A DNA stretch of 57,815 nt from Candidatus Nomurabacteria bacterium (GTDB lineage: Bacteria; Patescibacteriota; Minisyncoccia; Phycocordibacterales; UBA5272): positions 1 to 57,815 of the forward strand of contig JBEIQD010000004.1 of NCBI GenBank assembly GCA_040376695.1. The letters run 5' to 3'. Shown piece by piece: positions 32,465 to 42,629 of this stretch. A program made the position numbers and the translations under genes. A model generated the notes under the pieces. It was given only the letters and a program-made list of their open reading frames with translations, was not told the DNA's origin and did no database searches. Within the stretch, counting starts at the first letter, position 1, and every line of letters starts with the position of its first letter.

Positions 32465-34848
32465 TAAATCAATCCTCCCGAATCAATCTCAGTGATTTTG
32501 AGAGCGACCTCATAACCGCCTGCGATTAAATCTTTGGTCTTAACTCCACCGTCAATGACACAAATCATCTGTCTACCAGAGTAATCACGGTAGTACAATG
32601 GTCTACGGAATCGAGAAAGATTCTTAACCTCCTGTACTTCTTGGTAAGTGTCGAAGTAAGCACCTAGTGAAATGCTGTTATCTTCTGCGATACCGAACTC
32701 TGGTACAGGCGATTTACGACCTAAGAACTTTGTCAGCTCTTGTGTGATTTGGAACTCCTCATCACGGGTATCATTTACAGTGAAAGCAATCATGTTGCTT
32801 AAATCACTATTGACAGCAAGGTAAGCATATTCAAACGTGGTTGAGAACTGAGCGACATCACTTGTATTACTAGAACCGGATGATGCAACTACTTCCACCT
32901 TATATTCCATCGTGCTACCACTTGGGAAACGATAGTTGATAGATTCAATGCCTGCTCCTGTTGCCGTAATACCTTCAACCAAGAACCACTCTTTCGAGTT
33001 GTTAGCCGTGTATTCTCTTGCGTAGACATTGGCATAAGCCAATACCATAGCGTAAGCCGTCGGGCTAGGTGCTGTGTTGAATTTGATATAGTCGTTTGAT
33101 AGACTCGATGCTACTGTTCCGTTGCTTGCTTCTGCATGAGCGAGAACATACAGCTTACCATCTGTATCAATCCAAGTGAACCCGGACAGTGTAACAGTGA
33201 TTGACAAATCTTGGTTACTAGCACTCGTATGAGAAACTCCGAGAACCCATGTGCTACTCGCTTTAGACCAAACTTTTAAGTTGGCTTTGTTTCCGGCAGG
33301 TGAGCTTCCTCGTCCGTTCCAAGTTACAGTGATAGATGGGAAGTTCGCTTTAATCCAAGTAATCTTGTTTGCAAGAGTTGTTCCACCCGGGATGTCACCG
33401 TACTCTCTCTCAACGTGAGCAACAATATCGAACACATAGAGTGTTTGAGCGAGATACAAGTTGGTCGTAGTTGAGATTGTAACGACTGTTTCCTCATCGA
33501 CTGCAACTTGGTCGTACTGAGTCTGGTTGAACTCTGTTCCAAGCGTGGTTGCAGTAGCCAGTACGTTCGAGTAAGAACGTGCTAGATGTGGGTTGATAGT
33601 CGTTGAACCTGCAATCTTATCTGCCAAGTCTCCCGGTGCTGTCTCAGCGTTAGGGTCGTTGTATTCCGAACGAGCAAAAGTTGTGAAGTTAACGATGTGG
33701 TCTGTTCCATCAGTTGTTGTAATCGAGTTGATGACCGGTTTCTCTGGTCGAACAAACTGAGTAGTGAATGAACGAGTTGATACAGCCGAGCTTGCTCCAT
33801 CTGTGTTCTCAATCTGTAATCGAATCGTATAAGATGAGTTATCTAATAGTTGACCTGCAATCGTCGTTGACTTTGCAGTACCAGATTCTTCCTCTACATA
33901 GATTACGTTACCGCCACTATCTACCAATTCAAGCGTGTAGTAAGACTGGTTAACACTAGTCCACGATACGTTCAATACGTCACTCGTCAGGACTGCTCCT
34001 GCTGTTGGTGATGTGATAGATGGTGCGCTTGCAATCGAAACAACGTTAAATGGAACGGTTGCTGATGTTGGTGACACTTGACTATTTGTAGCCCGGGTTA
34101 CGACGTACCATTCATATTCTCCTAAAGAGAAAGTCGAAGGTGCGAATGTATGCTTAGAATCTGCCGAGCTATTGAACCCTGTACTCGATGGGATGTAAAC
34201 CCAAGAGCCAGATGGTTTCAACCGATAAGCGATACGGTAACCGTTCTGTGTCTTAGCCAATCCAGTACCATTATGCTTCCAAGAGAAAGTATTGTTAGCA
34301 CCGGGGTCTAACGTCCGACCTGTTGATGGAGATAGGTTAGTAGGTGTTGTTGGAACATCATCAAATGTTCCTTCAATAATAATCTGCATCGAGTTGCTAT
34401 CAGATGTTAACCCGTAACCTTCCATGTAGTTCTGACCGCTTTGACCGTAGAAGACAAGACCTTTGAATCCGTAAGATAAAAGAGCTGTCTTGAATCCGTA
34501 ACCACCTGCTGTAAGCGTGGCGTTCGTAACTTCTTGTGTGTACCAACCTGTTGGCACGGTTCTTTCTAAACCGATGTAAGTGTAGTAGATGTTCGGTTGC
34601 TTATCATTACTTGCTTTTTTATGAGCGCCGAAGGCTACTACACCCTCATTGGTACAGCGCCACTTAATATAGATTTTAGCGCTTGTCTTGCTCTCCTTGA
34701 TAGCGTCAATAGCATCGGTAGGAAAGCCGATAATACTTGTATAAGCCGGGCTACCCGACGACTTAACAGGGGTGTTACTGTTCTTGTAACTGCCCCCTTG
34801 ATAAGCGTACAGGAAACTAGGCTTAAAGATTTTTTGCGTGATTGCCAT
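32464..34848 (-). CDS. distal tail protein-like (C-terminal) with FN3/Ig-like insertions (794 aa)
   Basis: Directly follows the tape measure gene; central PTNLSP...FSW and APSITSP...VSW FN3-like units. Confidence 0.45.
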   Translation of the reverse strand: MAITQKIFKPSFLYAYQGGSYKNSNTPVKSSGSPAYTSIIGFPTDAIDAIKESKTSAKIYIKWRCTNEGVVAFGAHKKASNDKQPNIYYTYIGLERTVPTGWYTQEVTNATLTAGGYGFKTALLSYGFKGLVFYGQSGQNYMEGYGLTSDSNSMQIIIEGTFDDVPTTPTNLSPSTGRTLDPGANNTFSWKHNGTGLAKTQNGYRIAYRLKPSGSWVYIPSSTGFNSSADSKHTFAPSTFSLGEYEWYVVTRATNSQVSPTSATVPFNVVSIASAPSITSPTAGAVLTSDVLNVSWTSVNQSYYTLELVDSGGNVIYVEEESGTAKSTTIAGQLLDNSSYTIRLQIENTDGASSAVSTRSFTTQFVRPEKPVINSITTTDGTDHIVNFTTFARSEYNDPNAETAPGDLADKIAGSTTINPHLARSYSNVLATATTLGTEFNQTQYDQVAVDEETVVTISTTTNLYLAQTLYVFDIVAHVEREYGDIPGGTTLANKITWIKANFPSITVTWNGRGSSPAGNKANLKVWSKASSTWVLGVSHTSASNQDLSITVTLSGFTWIDTDGKLYVLAHAEASNGTVASSLSNDYIKFNTAPSPTAYAMVLAYANVYAREYTANNSKEWFLVEGITATGAGIESINYRFPSGSTMEYKVEVVASSGSSNTSDVAQFSTTFEYAYLAVNSDLSNMIAFTVNDTRDEEFQITQELTKFLGRKSPVPEFGIAEDNSISLGAYFDTYQEVQEVKNLSRFRRPLYYRDYSGRQMICVIDGGVKTKDLIAGGYEVALKITEIDSGGLI

Positions 34849-34850
34849 TA

Positions 34851-37800
34851 TTATCTCCCTCCTGTGCGTGACCGAATTGCTTGCTTGACTCCATCTGTTC
34901 CAATCTCATATCCGATAGAGCCAGATACGAATTGGTCAACTTGACCGACTCCCGTTCCATTGACATTAACTGTACCATCGTGACGGTGGTAAACTGTTAC
35001 ACTAGAACCACTAGCGAACATTCTAGCTCCGACTTCCGATTGCAACGAAGCATCAACTTGCTTAGTTAACTGTCGAGCTTGACTGACAGCGTAACCTGCT
35101 CCCTTAGCAATCCCTTGTGCGAACGTTACAGGAAGCATTGAACCCGAGTGAGTCAAGTCACTTAAAGCCCCTTGCTTTGCATCCGAACCCGGAAGGAACG
35201 AACGTAACTTACCGGCAAGACCAGAGACGGCATTGATAGCTCCGTTCATCTTGCTTGTGATACCGCCTGTAAGAGCGCTGATAAGTCCTGCCCCGGCTGA
35301 CCGGAACGAACCAATCTTACTAGTGATTGCTGACAATGCCCGAGTGATACCGCTTGAAACTGCCGATGCTACGTTACTGAATCCAGTACGAACTGCCGAA
35401 ACAATTCCTTGTACGCCTTGTGCCATCGAGCTTCTCATTCTGCTTGCTCCGGATGTAACTTTCGATACAGCCGTTGACATAGCAGATGTGATTGCCGATT
35501 TAACTTGGTTGAATCCAGAACGAGCTGATGAAGCCATTTGTCGAATCCCGTTCGTCATAGCTGATTTCATCCGGCTTGCTCCACTCGTTACTTTCGATGT
35601 CATAGTTGACATAGCGTTGCTTGCATCGTTTTTAACTTGATTCCATTTTCCTCTAGCATCACTAGCGAGTGATTGCAAGGCTCTAGCAAATCCTTGTCGA
35701 ATCTGAGCCGCTTTGGCGTTAACCCGAGATTGCATAGCGTTAAGCTGTGCTACCGATTGGGTGTTGGCGTTACGGAAGTTAGTAGCCGCTTTCTCAGCGA
35801 TACCACTAAACCACCGAGCCGCCCCGGCACGAAACCGGCTAGCCCAAGCGTCTACTCTGCCTTGGAACTGATTCAAGATTGCCATAGACTGTGTGTTTAC
35901 TGTCCGGAAGTTGGTAGCGGCTCTAGTTCCGATACCTGTAAACCATCTAGCCGCTCCTGCTCTAAAGCGAGTTGCCCATGCGTCTACACGGCTTTGGAAG
36001 TTGTTTAAAGCTCCCATTGACTGAGTGTTAACTGTTTGGAAGTTCTTTACAGCGTTAGGTGCTAGGTTAGAAAACCAACGAGCGGCACTAGCACGGAAGC
36101 GAGTTGCCCAAGCATCAACCTTGGCTTGGAATTGATTCAACGCTGTCATGTTCTGACCTAAATCAGCAGACATCATTGAAGCTGTTCCTTTGGTTGAACC
36201 ACTTAAAGCTCGTTTAATCCCGGCTGATGTCGTCGTAGCAGATGTTACCATGCCGTTACCATTAGATGTCATAGACGATTTCATGGCAAGCATATCAGCA
36301 TCAAAGTCTGTTTTAGCTCCATCAGTAGATGTTCCGATTGCATCCATGCTCTCTCCTACCTTGGTAGAAATCTCCCAAGTCGAGAAGTTTTTGAAACCAT
36401 CTGACATGAGCTTGATGCTTTGGTCAGAAGCTACTGATGATGCCTTAGCGAGTTCGGCTGACTTAGTAAAGTCTCCTGCCCAAGCGGCGGCAACGGAAGC
36501 AATAGAGAGTCCAAGAGCGTAGAATGATTTAACAACCCCGGCTGTAATAGCGATTACAGAATAGAGTACATCTGCAAACACAGCAATGATTGTAATGACG
36601 ACTTTCAAAACGGTTGCAACACCTTGAACAACCATCGTCCAAGCACTAGCTGAGTCGATGTTAGCTCCAAAGCTATTGGCTAGCTCTACTAGCATATTGA
36701 CAAAGGTTTGAACACCTGCCCAAGCAACTTTGAACACCTCACCTAGTTGCCCTACGGCTACCCTCAGAGAAGCTGATTGTTTATAGGCATTCATAAAGTC
36801 TCGAACAAGGATGGCAATGACAGCAGATACAGCTAGGACAGCCGCTCCAATAGGAGTAAAGGCAAGACCTAATGCTTTCATAACTGTGCTACCCTGCTTG
36901 ACGGCGGCTACTAATCGAAGTACGATAGGAATACCGGCAGACAATACTTTAAAGACTGCTACACCTGCAACTAACCCCATAGCCGTAGCTAGGATGTTCC
37001 ATGCTTCCGGTGACATTGCATCTCGTAATGAAGCGAATACTCCTTTACCTTTTTGAATGCTTGCTGTTACTTTATCCATATAAGAAGTTACACTAGCCAT
37101 CCCGGCTTTTAACTTCTCGAACAGTGGTTGAGCTAGCACTCCTGCAAATACGGTGAACGTATCTTTCATCTTATCCAGTCGCCCTGCAAACGTTCTACCG
37201 TATGCTTCAATAGCGTCTGTACCTTTAAGGAATTTGTTGTTTAAAAAATCAATGATTAATGCACTAGTCTTAGCATCTTTCCCTGCTCCTTGAATCTCAG
37301 CAGAAGTCAATCCTAATTCATCTCGTAAAATTTGGTAGATTGGAATACCATTCTCTTGCATCTGGTTAAGTTCCTCTACTGAGATTTTTCCTTTACCGAT
37401 AGCCTGTGTGTAACCCCGGATAGCGGCTTGGGCTTGCTCGTTTGTCAGACCGTACTTGGCTGTAACGTTTGCTAATCCCATCAGCTTACCTTCTAAATCT
37501 TTCGACTTGACACCTGCCCCGGCAAGCATTGTAGCATAGTTGTTAATCTGGTCTGTTGTGAATGATGTCTCCTTAGCTACTCGAAGAATCATTTGAACCA
37601 TTCCTTCACCCTGCTTTGCAGAACCGGTTAATTCAGTCCATCGCATACGAGCAAGCTCCATTGAACTATTGAACTTTACCCCGGCGGCTACTGAACCAAC
37701 TAACCCGGTTTGTAATGCCATTAACCCACCGAATACTTGTGCCTGTGCAAAGAACTTTAAAGTGTCTGATACGAAACCACCTGTCTTGCCTAGCCCTCTG

Positions 37801-37877
37801 AGAGCTGTCTCAGTTGAGCGGATAGCCGGTGTAGCTCTGTCTACTGCCCGGATTAGAATTTCAATATTTTGTGCCAT
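34851..37877 (-). CDS. tape measure protein
   Basis: 1008 aa; Ala/Gly-rich TM-like middle; three ~44-aa tandem repeats (NxFQxRVDAWAxRFRAGAARWF); position after G/GT. Confidence 0.85.
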   Translation of the reverse strand: MAQNIEILIRAVDRATPAIRSTETALRGLGKTGGFVSDTLKFFAQAQVFGGLMALQTGLVGSVAAGVKFNSSMELARMRWTELTGSAKQGEGMVQMILRVAKETSFTTDQINNYATMLAGAGVKSKDLEGKLMGLANVTAKYGLTNEQAQAAIRGYTQAIGKGKISVEELNQMQENGIPIYQILRDELGLTSAEIQGAGKDAKTSALIIDFLNNKFLKGTDAIEAYGRTFAGRLDKMKDTFTVFAGVLAQPLFEKLKAGMASVTSYMDKVTASIQKGKGVFASLRDAMSPEAWNILATAMGLVAGVAVFKVLSAGIPIVLRLVAAVKQGSTVMKALGLAFTPIGAAVLAVSAVIAILVRDFMNAYKQSASLRVAVGQLGEVFKVAWAGVQTFVNMLVELANSFGANIDSASAWTMVVQGVATVLKVVITIIAVFADVLYSVIAITAGVVKSFYALGLSIASVAAAWAGDFTKSAELAKASSVASDQSIKLMSDGFKNFSTWEISTKVGESMDAIGTSTDGAKTDFDADMLAMKSSMTSNGNGMVTSATTTSAGIKRALSGSTKGTASMMSADLGQNMTALNQFQAKVDAWATRFRASAARWFSNLAPNAVKNFQTVNTQSMGALNNFQSRVDAWATRFRAGAARWFTGIGTRAATNFRTVNTQSMAILNQFQGRVDAWASRFRAGAARWFSGIAEKAATNFRNANTQSVAQLNAMQSRVNAKAAQIRQGFARALQSLASDARGKWNQVKNDASNAMSTMTSKVTSGASRMKSAMTNGIRQMASSARSGFNQVKSAITSAMSTAVSKVTSGASRMRSSMAQGVQGIVSAVRTGFSNVASAVSSGITRALSAITSKIGSFRSAGAGLISALTGGITSKMNGAINAVSGLAGKLRSFLPGSDAKQGALSDLTHSGSMLPVTFAQGIAKGAGYAVSQARQLTKQVDASLQSEVGARMFASGSSVTVYHRHDGTVNVNGTGVGQVDQFVSGSIGYEIGTDGVKQAIRSRTGGR

Positions 37878-37893
37878 TAAGTCTCACCTCCTT

Positions 37894-38447
37894 TTAACTT
37901 CTACGTTGTTGTCGTCGTTGACGTTTTTCTTCTTTTTCTTCTGCCTTGGCTTGCTCCTCCATAATGATTAGAAAGTCTTCAACAATACTTGCATCTTGTC
38001 GCATGACTTCATCGGGCAAGCATTTGAATCGGTCACAAAATGCAAACAATAAAATAGAGGGGTGAGGGTCTTTTACGCCCTTTCCCCCTCCGAGTTTTTT
38101 AGCTTGCCCCTTTAGTCTTTTTTTTGAAGTTCATCCTGTGGTTCGATGACGTCAATTGCTTTGAACAATTCATCAACAAAGTCCGGGTCAAGCAGGTTGT
38201 TAATTGTGTTCTCGTCAATCGGAAGTGGTTCTCCTGCTTCATCTTTCAAACTCCAAGACTTGATAGCCTTCAAGTTTAATAGATTGGCATAACGTTTGAA
38301 GTCGAAGTTCATCGTTCCCGATAACGGGTCGATAATCTGAGTGAGCCGGGTAATTTCATCCCGTTCACCAAAACTCAAATTCTGAACCTCGAACGTCTCT
38401 CCGTGCAATTCCACTGTCCGTAATTTACGCTTAAACAAATAACTCAT
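37894..38447 (-). CDS. tail assembly chaperone GT-like product made by -1 frameshift
   Basis: After A_AAA_AAA (38118..38124) the -1 frame stays open for about 75 codons to TAA 37894..37896, ending just before the tape measure SD. Confidence 0.6.
38112..38447 (-). CDS. tail assembly chaperone (G-like)
   Basis: 111 aa between the major tail and tape measure genes; ends ...QDELQKKD on a run of 8 A. Confidence 0.65.
   Translation of the reverse strand: MSYLFKRKLRTVELHGETFEVQNLSFGERDEITRLTQIIDPLSGTMNFDFKRYANLLNLKAIKSWSLKDEAGEPLPIDENTINNLLDPDFVDELFKAIDVIEPQDELQKKD
38118..38124 (-). promoter_or_regulatory. Slippery heptamer A_AAA_AAA for the G/GT frameshift
   Basis: 8 consecutive A on the sense strand, in phase caA AAA AAA gac taa. 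Confidence 0.6.
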
Positions 38448-38471
38448 TTTTATCATCCTTTCGATTAGTTT

Positions 38472-39398
38472 TTAGAATGGTGTTGGTAACGAAGATTTGT
38501 AAACGATTGACATACCAGTTGAGATAAACTCAATTTCAATCTCAGTCAAATCTTCTGCTTCTGGTGAGAGTTCTGCTGAATCATATACACATTGTGGTAA
38601 AGTCAATGTGAATGTGTGTCCAGTTGGGTTAGCAGAATCCGTGAAAATCAATTCGATGTCAACTTTAGTACCGGCTAAGAATGCTGTGTAAGCATCTTTG
38701 TCCATGAAGTCCATTGTGAATGAACCAGTTACTTCCGAAGAACCTTCTTCAATACGAACAGGGAACTTGTCTCCGTTCAATGTGAAGCGACTTTCAAGAC
38801 CGTTTGATAACTCAACCTCGAACTCTGTGATGTTCGCATTCAAGACTGTGTTCAACTTGATTGTTCCCTCATAGAACATGAAGTAGTTAGTAGTTACGTC
38901 TGCTGTCACCGTTGCAGGTGTAAGCTCCTCTAATACTTTTTGTGCCATACCTTCAATCTCAATCTCTAGTGCTTCATTTGCAGAAGCCGTAAGAGTCATT
39001 GTGTCAACTTTACAACCTAGTAAGTTCCGGCAAAACGGAATGTTAGGCATATTGTTTTGCAATGTGAATGATGGCATAACGTCTGCTTCCTGTGCTAGCG
39101 TCATTGTATGTGTATACGGTGCGCTTGCTCCTACTGTGGTAACCTTTCCTAAAGCATAGTACATTAGAATAGGGTTTTGAACTCCACCTGTGATAGAGAA
39201 CTCTGTTGATACACCACCTTGACGAATCATAACAGGCGCTCGCTTACCAAGTGAACGACGGCTATCAGAGTTGTTCGATTGTTCAACCCCAAATTCAGAA
39301 ATCAATCCGAGCCATTTCAACGTGGAAGCCTTTGTGCCGTAAGTTGTTTCCTTACCGCCTACTAGCGTATTTGTAAAACCTTTAGCTTGTCCGGGCAT
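38472..39398 (-). CDS. major tail protein
   Basis: 308 aa immediately upstream of the chaperone pair. Confidence 0.6.
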   Translation of the reverse strand: MPGQAKGFTNTLVGGKETTYGTKASTLKWLGLISEFGVEQSNNSDSRRSLGKRAPVMIRQGGVSTEFSITGGVQNPILMYYALGKVTTVGASAPYTHTMTLAQEADVMPSFTLQNNMPNIPFCRNLLGCKVDTMTLTASANEALEIEIEGMAQKVLEELTPATVTADVTTNYFMFYEGTIKLNTVLNANITEFEVELSNGLESRFTLNGDKFPVRIEEGSSEVTGSFTMDFMDKDAYTAFLAGTKVDIELIFTDSANPTGHTFTLTLPQCVYDSAELSPEAEDLTEIEIEFISTGMSIVYKSSLPTPF

Positions 39399-39592
39399 TA
39401 TTTCTCACCTCCTTCTTTCTTCTCTTTAATTTCAACAAAGCCAACTTCTTTTAACTCATCTAGTTGACTTGCTTTCACTTCCAAGGTATCACCTTGCTTA
39501 ATGATACCAAGGTTCGGATTCATCATATAGACTTGTTCAGCTTCACCTTGGTATTTGACTTTAATCATTTTTGGTTTAGTCATTTTTGCCAC
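39398..39592 (-). CDS. hypothetical structural-module protein (64 aa)
   Basis: Context only. Confidence 0.45.
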   Translation of the reverse strand: MAKMTKPKMIKVKYQGEAEQVYMMNPNLGIIKQGDTLEVKASQLDELKEVGFVEIKEKKEGGEK

Positions 39593-39596
39593 CTCC

Positions 39597-40052
39597 TTAG
39601 TTTGTCGGTAAGTGAATTTCCAAGTAAATTGGAATCTTCACACCTTGTAAAAAGTTCTCCGGGTCTTCAACGATTCCGAACTCGATACGCTCCTCTGTAA
39701 CCTCTGTGATGAGGTCGCTCCACAATCCAGTACGCTTTCTATTCTCCGTCCGTTCAAGGACTCCTAGAACCGTTTGCATAATGTCGATTAGCTCATCTTC
39801 TGATTCCATCGGGTCATAAATCTTAGTCCAGATAAAAACGTTAATCCGTAGTCGAACTTTCTTGATTCCACCTAGAGCGTGACGAGTCTGCATAAAGTCT
39901 GCTGTCTCTAGGTTGACTGCCGGGAATACTGGAATGTTAAGTTGAGGTGTACGATACACTTCAATATGCCGAGCCGGATAAACTGTGTCTAGCTCTGTTT
40001 GAATGATTGTTCTTAGCTCATTCTTAATCTCTGAAATTTGAATCTGTGCCAT
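39597..40052 (-). CDS. tail completion/terminator-like protein
   Basis: Position between the head-closure genes and the major tail gene. Confidence 0.4.
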   Translation of the reverse strand: MAQIQISEIKNELRTIIQTELDTVYPARHIEVYRTPQLNIPVFPAVNLETADFMQTRHALGGIKKVRLRINVFIWTKIYDPMESEDELIDIMQTVLGVLERTENRKRTGLWSDLITEVTEERIEFGIVEDPENFLQGVKIPIYLEIHLPTN

Positions 40053-40066
40053 TATCTTACACCTCC

Positions 40067-40501
40067 TTATCTTAACATTTTCTCAATATAGCGACGGAAG
40101 TAAGTTGCAATCTTAGGTTCTTCTCCTGCTCTGACTAGGAAGAACTTACGCTGTGGTGTTCGTCCTCCTCCATACTGATGCCAATGAGCGTATTCAGTCG
40201 GAACGAATAGTGTAACACTATTCATTGTCAGACGTTGATTAGACGGGCTTGTAGCGTCTTGTCGCATACGTCCTGTCTCAATCAATACCTTAGCCGAACC
40301 TTTACGTGCAACTGTACTAGGTGCTAGCGCTTTCCATTGACCTTCTGCTCCTCCATAAGAGAACGATTGATTCGTTTTCATACGAACGTAGTTAGCAGAT
40401 TGCTTTAGCGGCTCGTCTAAATTGTGCATTGCCACTCGAAACAATTGCATCTTTTGAGCAACTTGCTCTTGGTTCTTTACATCAATATAGAGTCGAATCA
40501 T
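40067..40501 (-). CDS. virion morphogenesis / head-tail joining protein (Mu gpG / HK97 gp10-like)
   Basis: WKALAPSTVARKGSAKVLIETGRMRQD motif typical of the virion-morphogenesis family. Confidence 0.5.
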   Translation of the reverse strand: MIRLYIDVKNQEQVAQKMQLFRVAMHNLDEPLKQSANYVRMKTNQSFSYGGAEGQWKALAPSTVARKGSAKVLIETGRMRQDATSPSNQRLTMNSVTLFVPTEYAHWHQYGGGRTPQRKFFLVRAGEEPKIATYFRRYIEKMLR

Positions 40502-40504
40502 AAC

Positions 40505-40924
40505 TTACCACTCCTTGTCCGGGTCAATCGTGAAGAAAATGTCTCCTTCAAACGTGGTGTCAAATCCTGTACCAGATTTCTTCTCCGTGATAGGATAGCC
40601 CTCTAGGACAATCGAACCCTCCGAAATCATTTTAAGCATTTCCATTACACGTTCATAACGCTTGACGTTAAACTGGTCTTGGTTAGGTTGGAATGAGCTG
40701 TATAGCGATTCATGTAACAAGTAGATAGTGAGGTTGATAGAAATGGTTTGAATGACTTCTGGAACTGGATTGAACGGTACATCGTAGCTGTCGAATAGAT
40801 AGCCGTTGATGATTGTGTCTGCTTGCTCAATGTGAGAAAGAATATCTCCGTCTGCGAAAGAAGCCGGTAACCCTTTCATTCTAGCTCGAATATCTGCTAC
40901 TGTTGCATATGCCATATTACTCAC
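40505..40924 (-). CDS. head-tail connector (gp6-like)
   Basis: N-terminus YATVADIRARMKGL...HIEQADTIINGYL typical of gp6-like connectors. Confidence 0.5.
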   Translation of the reverse strand: MSNMAYATVADIRARMKGLPASFADGDILSHIEQADTIINGYLFDSYDVPFNPVPEVIQTISINLTIYLLHESLYSSFQPNQDQFNVKRYERVMEMLKMISEGSIVLEGYPITEKKSGTGFDTTFEGDIFFTIDPDKEW

Positions 40925-41225
40925 CTCCCTCTAACTTAGCTTTGATGTCTTTGATTAAACTTTCTTTACGTTTGTTGCCAACGAATAAATCTAACTCCTT
41001 AGCAATCTTTTTAACTCTTGCTTCTGTCATGGCTTCTAATGGACGGTCAAACTTTCGTCCTCCGATAGTTACTTCCGGCATCTTCTCTCCGCCTTTAACG
41101 ACGTTACGGACTTCTTCAACTTGACCTTTCTTGATAAGATATTCGGCTTGCTCTTTGGGCAAGTCAACAATCTCACCGATTGCATTAGTGCCACCTGCTC
41201 CAATCATTAATGATTTTACTAACAT
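40917..41225 (-). CDS. head-associated protein with a Rho-N/HeH-like motif
   Basis: MTEARVKKIAKELDLFVGNKRKESLIKDI. Confidence 0.4.
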   Translation of the reverse strand: MLVKSLMIGAGGTNAIGEIVDLPKEQAEYLIKKGQVEEVRNVVKGGEKMPEVTIGGRKFDRPLEAMTEARVKKIAKELDLFVGNKRKESLIKDIKAKLEGGE

Positions 41226-41242
41226 AGTAACACCTCCTTATA

Positions 41243-41281
41243 CAAAAATAAGGGAAGGGAAGTATTATCCTCCCTCCCCTC
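41243..41281 (-). terminator. Hairpin/partial terminator after the major capsid gene
   Basis: GGGGAGGGA...TCCCTTCCC stem (one mismatch) then TTATTTTTG on the minus strand. Confidence 0.5.
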
Positions 41282-41288
41282 TTAAAGA

Positions 41289-42188
41289 TTAAGACAAGAC
41301 GTTTTTAATCAAGTAAACTGCTTTTGGTTCAACAAGTTGAACTGCTGTAAAGCGAGTAACACGGATTACTGTCCGGTCTTGCTCCTCTTGGTTGTAAATC
41401 TTTGTGCGAAGCCCTTCTGCATCTACGATGTCACCGATAACTCCACGTTGTACCAAGAGTACAGTGTCGTTAGCGTCACCGAAGCGTGGGTCAGAGATGA
41501 ACGTTAAGCCCATGAAATCTCCAATGTAGCCACGAAGCAATGCTACGTCAGTGTTGTTAACACGGAAAGCGTCACGGAAAGTTTTAGATTTGAGCATCAT
41601 AGCTTCAATGTCCGGAGACATGATAACTGTGTCAAGCTCGAATCCGAACTTACGAGCGTTTGCCCGAGCGTCGATTAAGTCGGCAATCATGTTTTCTGCT
41701 CCGAGTGTTGCATCGTTCCAGAAACTACCTGCTTTGACTTTACCTTCAATTTGAACAGAAGTAGGAGAACCTGCTACTGTGTAATCTTGGGTAATTTTCT
41801 TGTAAGCCATAGTGTTAATCATGTTTGCGACGTTATCTGCAAGACGACGTAATCCACGTTGCAAGTGAGAACCTAAGCCCCATTTTTGCATCTCGTAAGT
41901 TACGACGAACTCAAGACCATACCGACGAATCATTTCTGACTTCTCGACTTCTGTTACCCCGATACGACGGAGAGCTGACGCTTCCCCGAGTTCCGGAACG
42001 TCTTCATAAGTCTTACGTCCGAAAGCATCTTGGTCACCATCAACCATATAGCGAGTAGCTAGTGTAGCTGATGTTGATTTTGTCAAGAGTGTGTCTGCAA
42101 TCATTTGATGTCCGAGTAACTCTTGGATGTTACGGTTGATTGCTTCTTGTTTTAATAGTGGGTGCATACCCAATACGAAATCTGCCAT
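41289..42188 (-). CDS. major capsid protein
   Basis: 299 aa; order protease-scaffold, decoration, capsid; followed by a strong hairpin. Confidence 0.7.
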   Translation of the reverse strand: MADFVLGMHPLLKQEAINRNIQELLGHQMIADTLLTKSTSATLATRYMVDGDQDAFGRKTYEDVPELGEASALRRIGVTEVEKSEMIRRYGLEFVVTYEMQKWGLGSHLQRGLRRLADNVANMINTMAYKKITQDYTVAGSPTSVQIEGKVKAGSFWNDATLGAENMIADLIDARANARKFGFELDTVIMSPDIEAMMLKSKTFRDAFRVNNTDVALLRGYIGDFMGLTFISDPRFGDANDTVLLVQRGVIGDIVDAEGLRTKIYNQEEQDRTVIRVTRFTAVQLVEPKAVYLIKNVLS

Positions 42189-42204
42189 TATTTATTCACC
42201 TCCA

Positions 42205-42627
42205 TTATCCTAATGCTACAATGCCGTATGAACCGGCTACTGCGCCTTTAATTACAATACCTACACGGGCTAAGTCTGAATCAGTACCGGCAACAAGGTT
42301 TACACCGAGTCCGTTTGCATCTGATTTAGCGATAGAGCCTGCTGTTAAACCGCCTGTACCTGCTTTCAAGTAAACTTGTGGTTTAAGCATAACGACTGTT
42401 ACAACGTGCTGTTTGTCTCCCTCGTAGCCAACGTTTAATCCGTCGATACCAACTGTACCCGAGAAAACGATACCAACTACTTTCTGAGAAGTAGCACCTG
42501 CTTTTTGAACTTCCAAGTCACCAGAGACTTCAACGAGTTCACCGATTTTGATGACAGCACCTGCTTTAACTTTGAAAGTATGCAATGCACCGTCTTGGAT
42601 ATTTACCTCAACTCTGTTTTGAGCCAT
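42205..42627 (-). CDS. head decoration-like protein (DUF2190-like)
   Basis: 140-aa Gly/Val-rich beta protein between the scaffold and capsid genes. Confidence 0.5.
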   Translation of the reverse strand: MAQNRVEVNIQDGALHTFKVKAGAVIKIGELVEVSGDLEVQKAGATSQKVVGIVFSGTVGIDGLNVGYEGDKQHVVTVVMLKPQVYLKAGTGGLTAGSIAKSDANGLGVNLVAGTDSDLARVGIVIKGAVAGSYGIVALG

Positions 42628-42629
42628 TA

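Noticed and set aside
35233-36522. Several long plus-strand ORFs (135, 111 and 110 aa) antisense to the tape measure gene. Similar antisense ORFs occur at 29151..29618, 42748..43095 and 20706..21020.
   Set aside because: They are fully embedded antisense to well-supported long genes. They have skewed Ser/Pro/Ala-rich composition and no SDs, which is typical of shadow ORFs.
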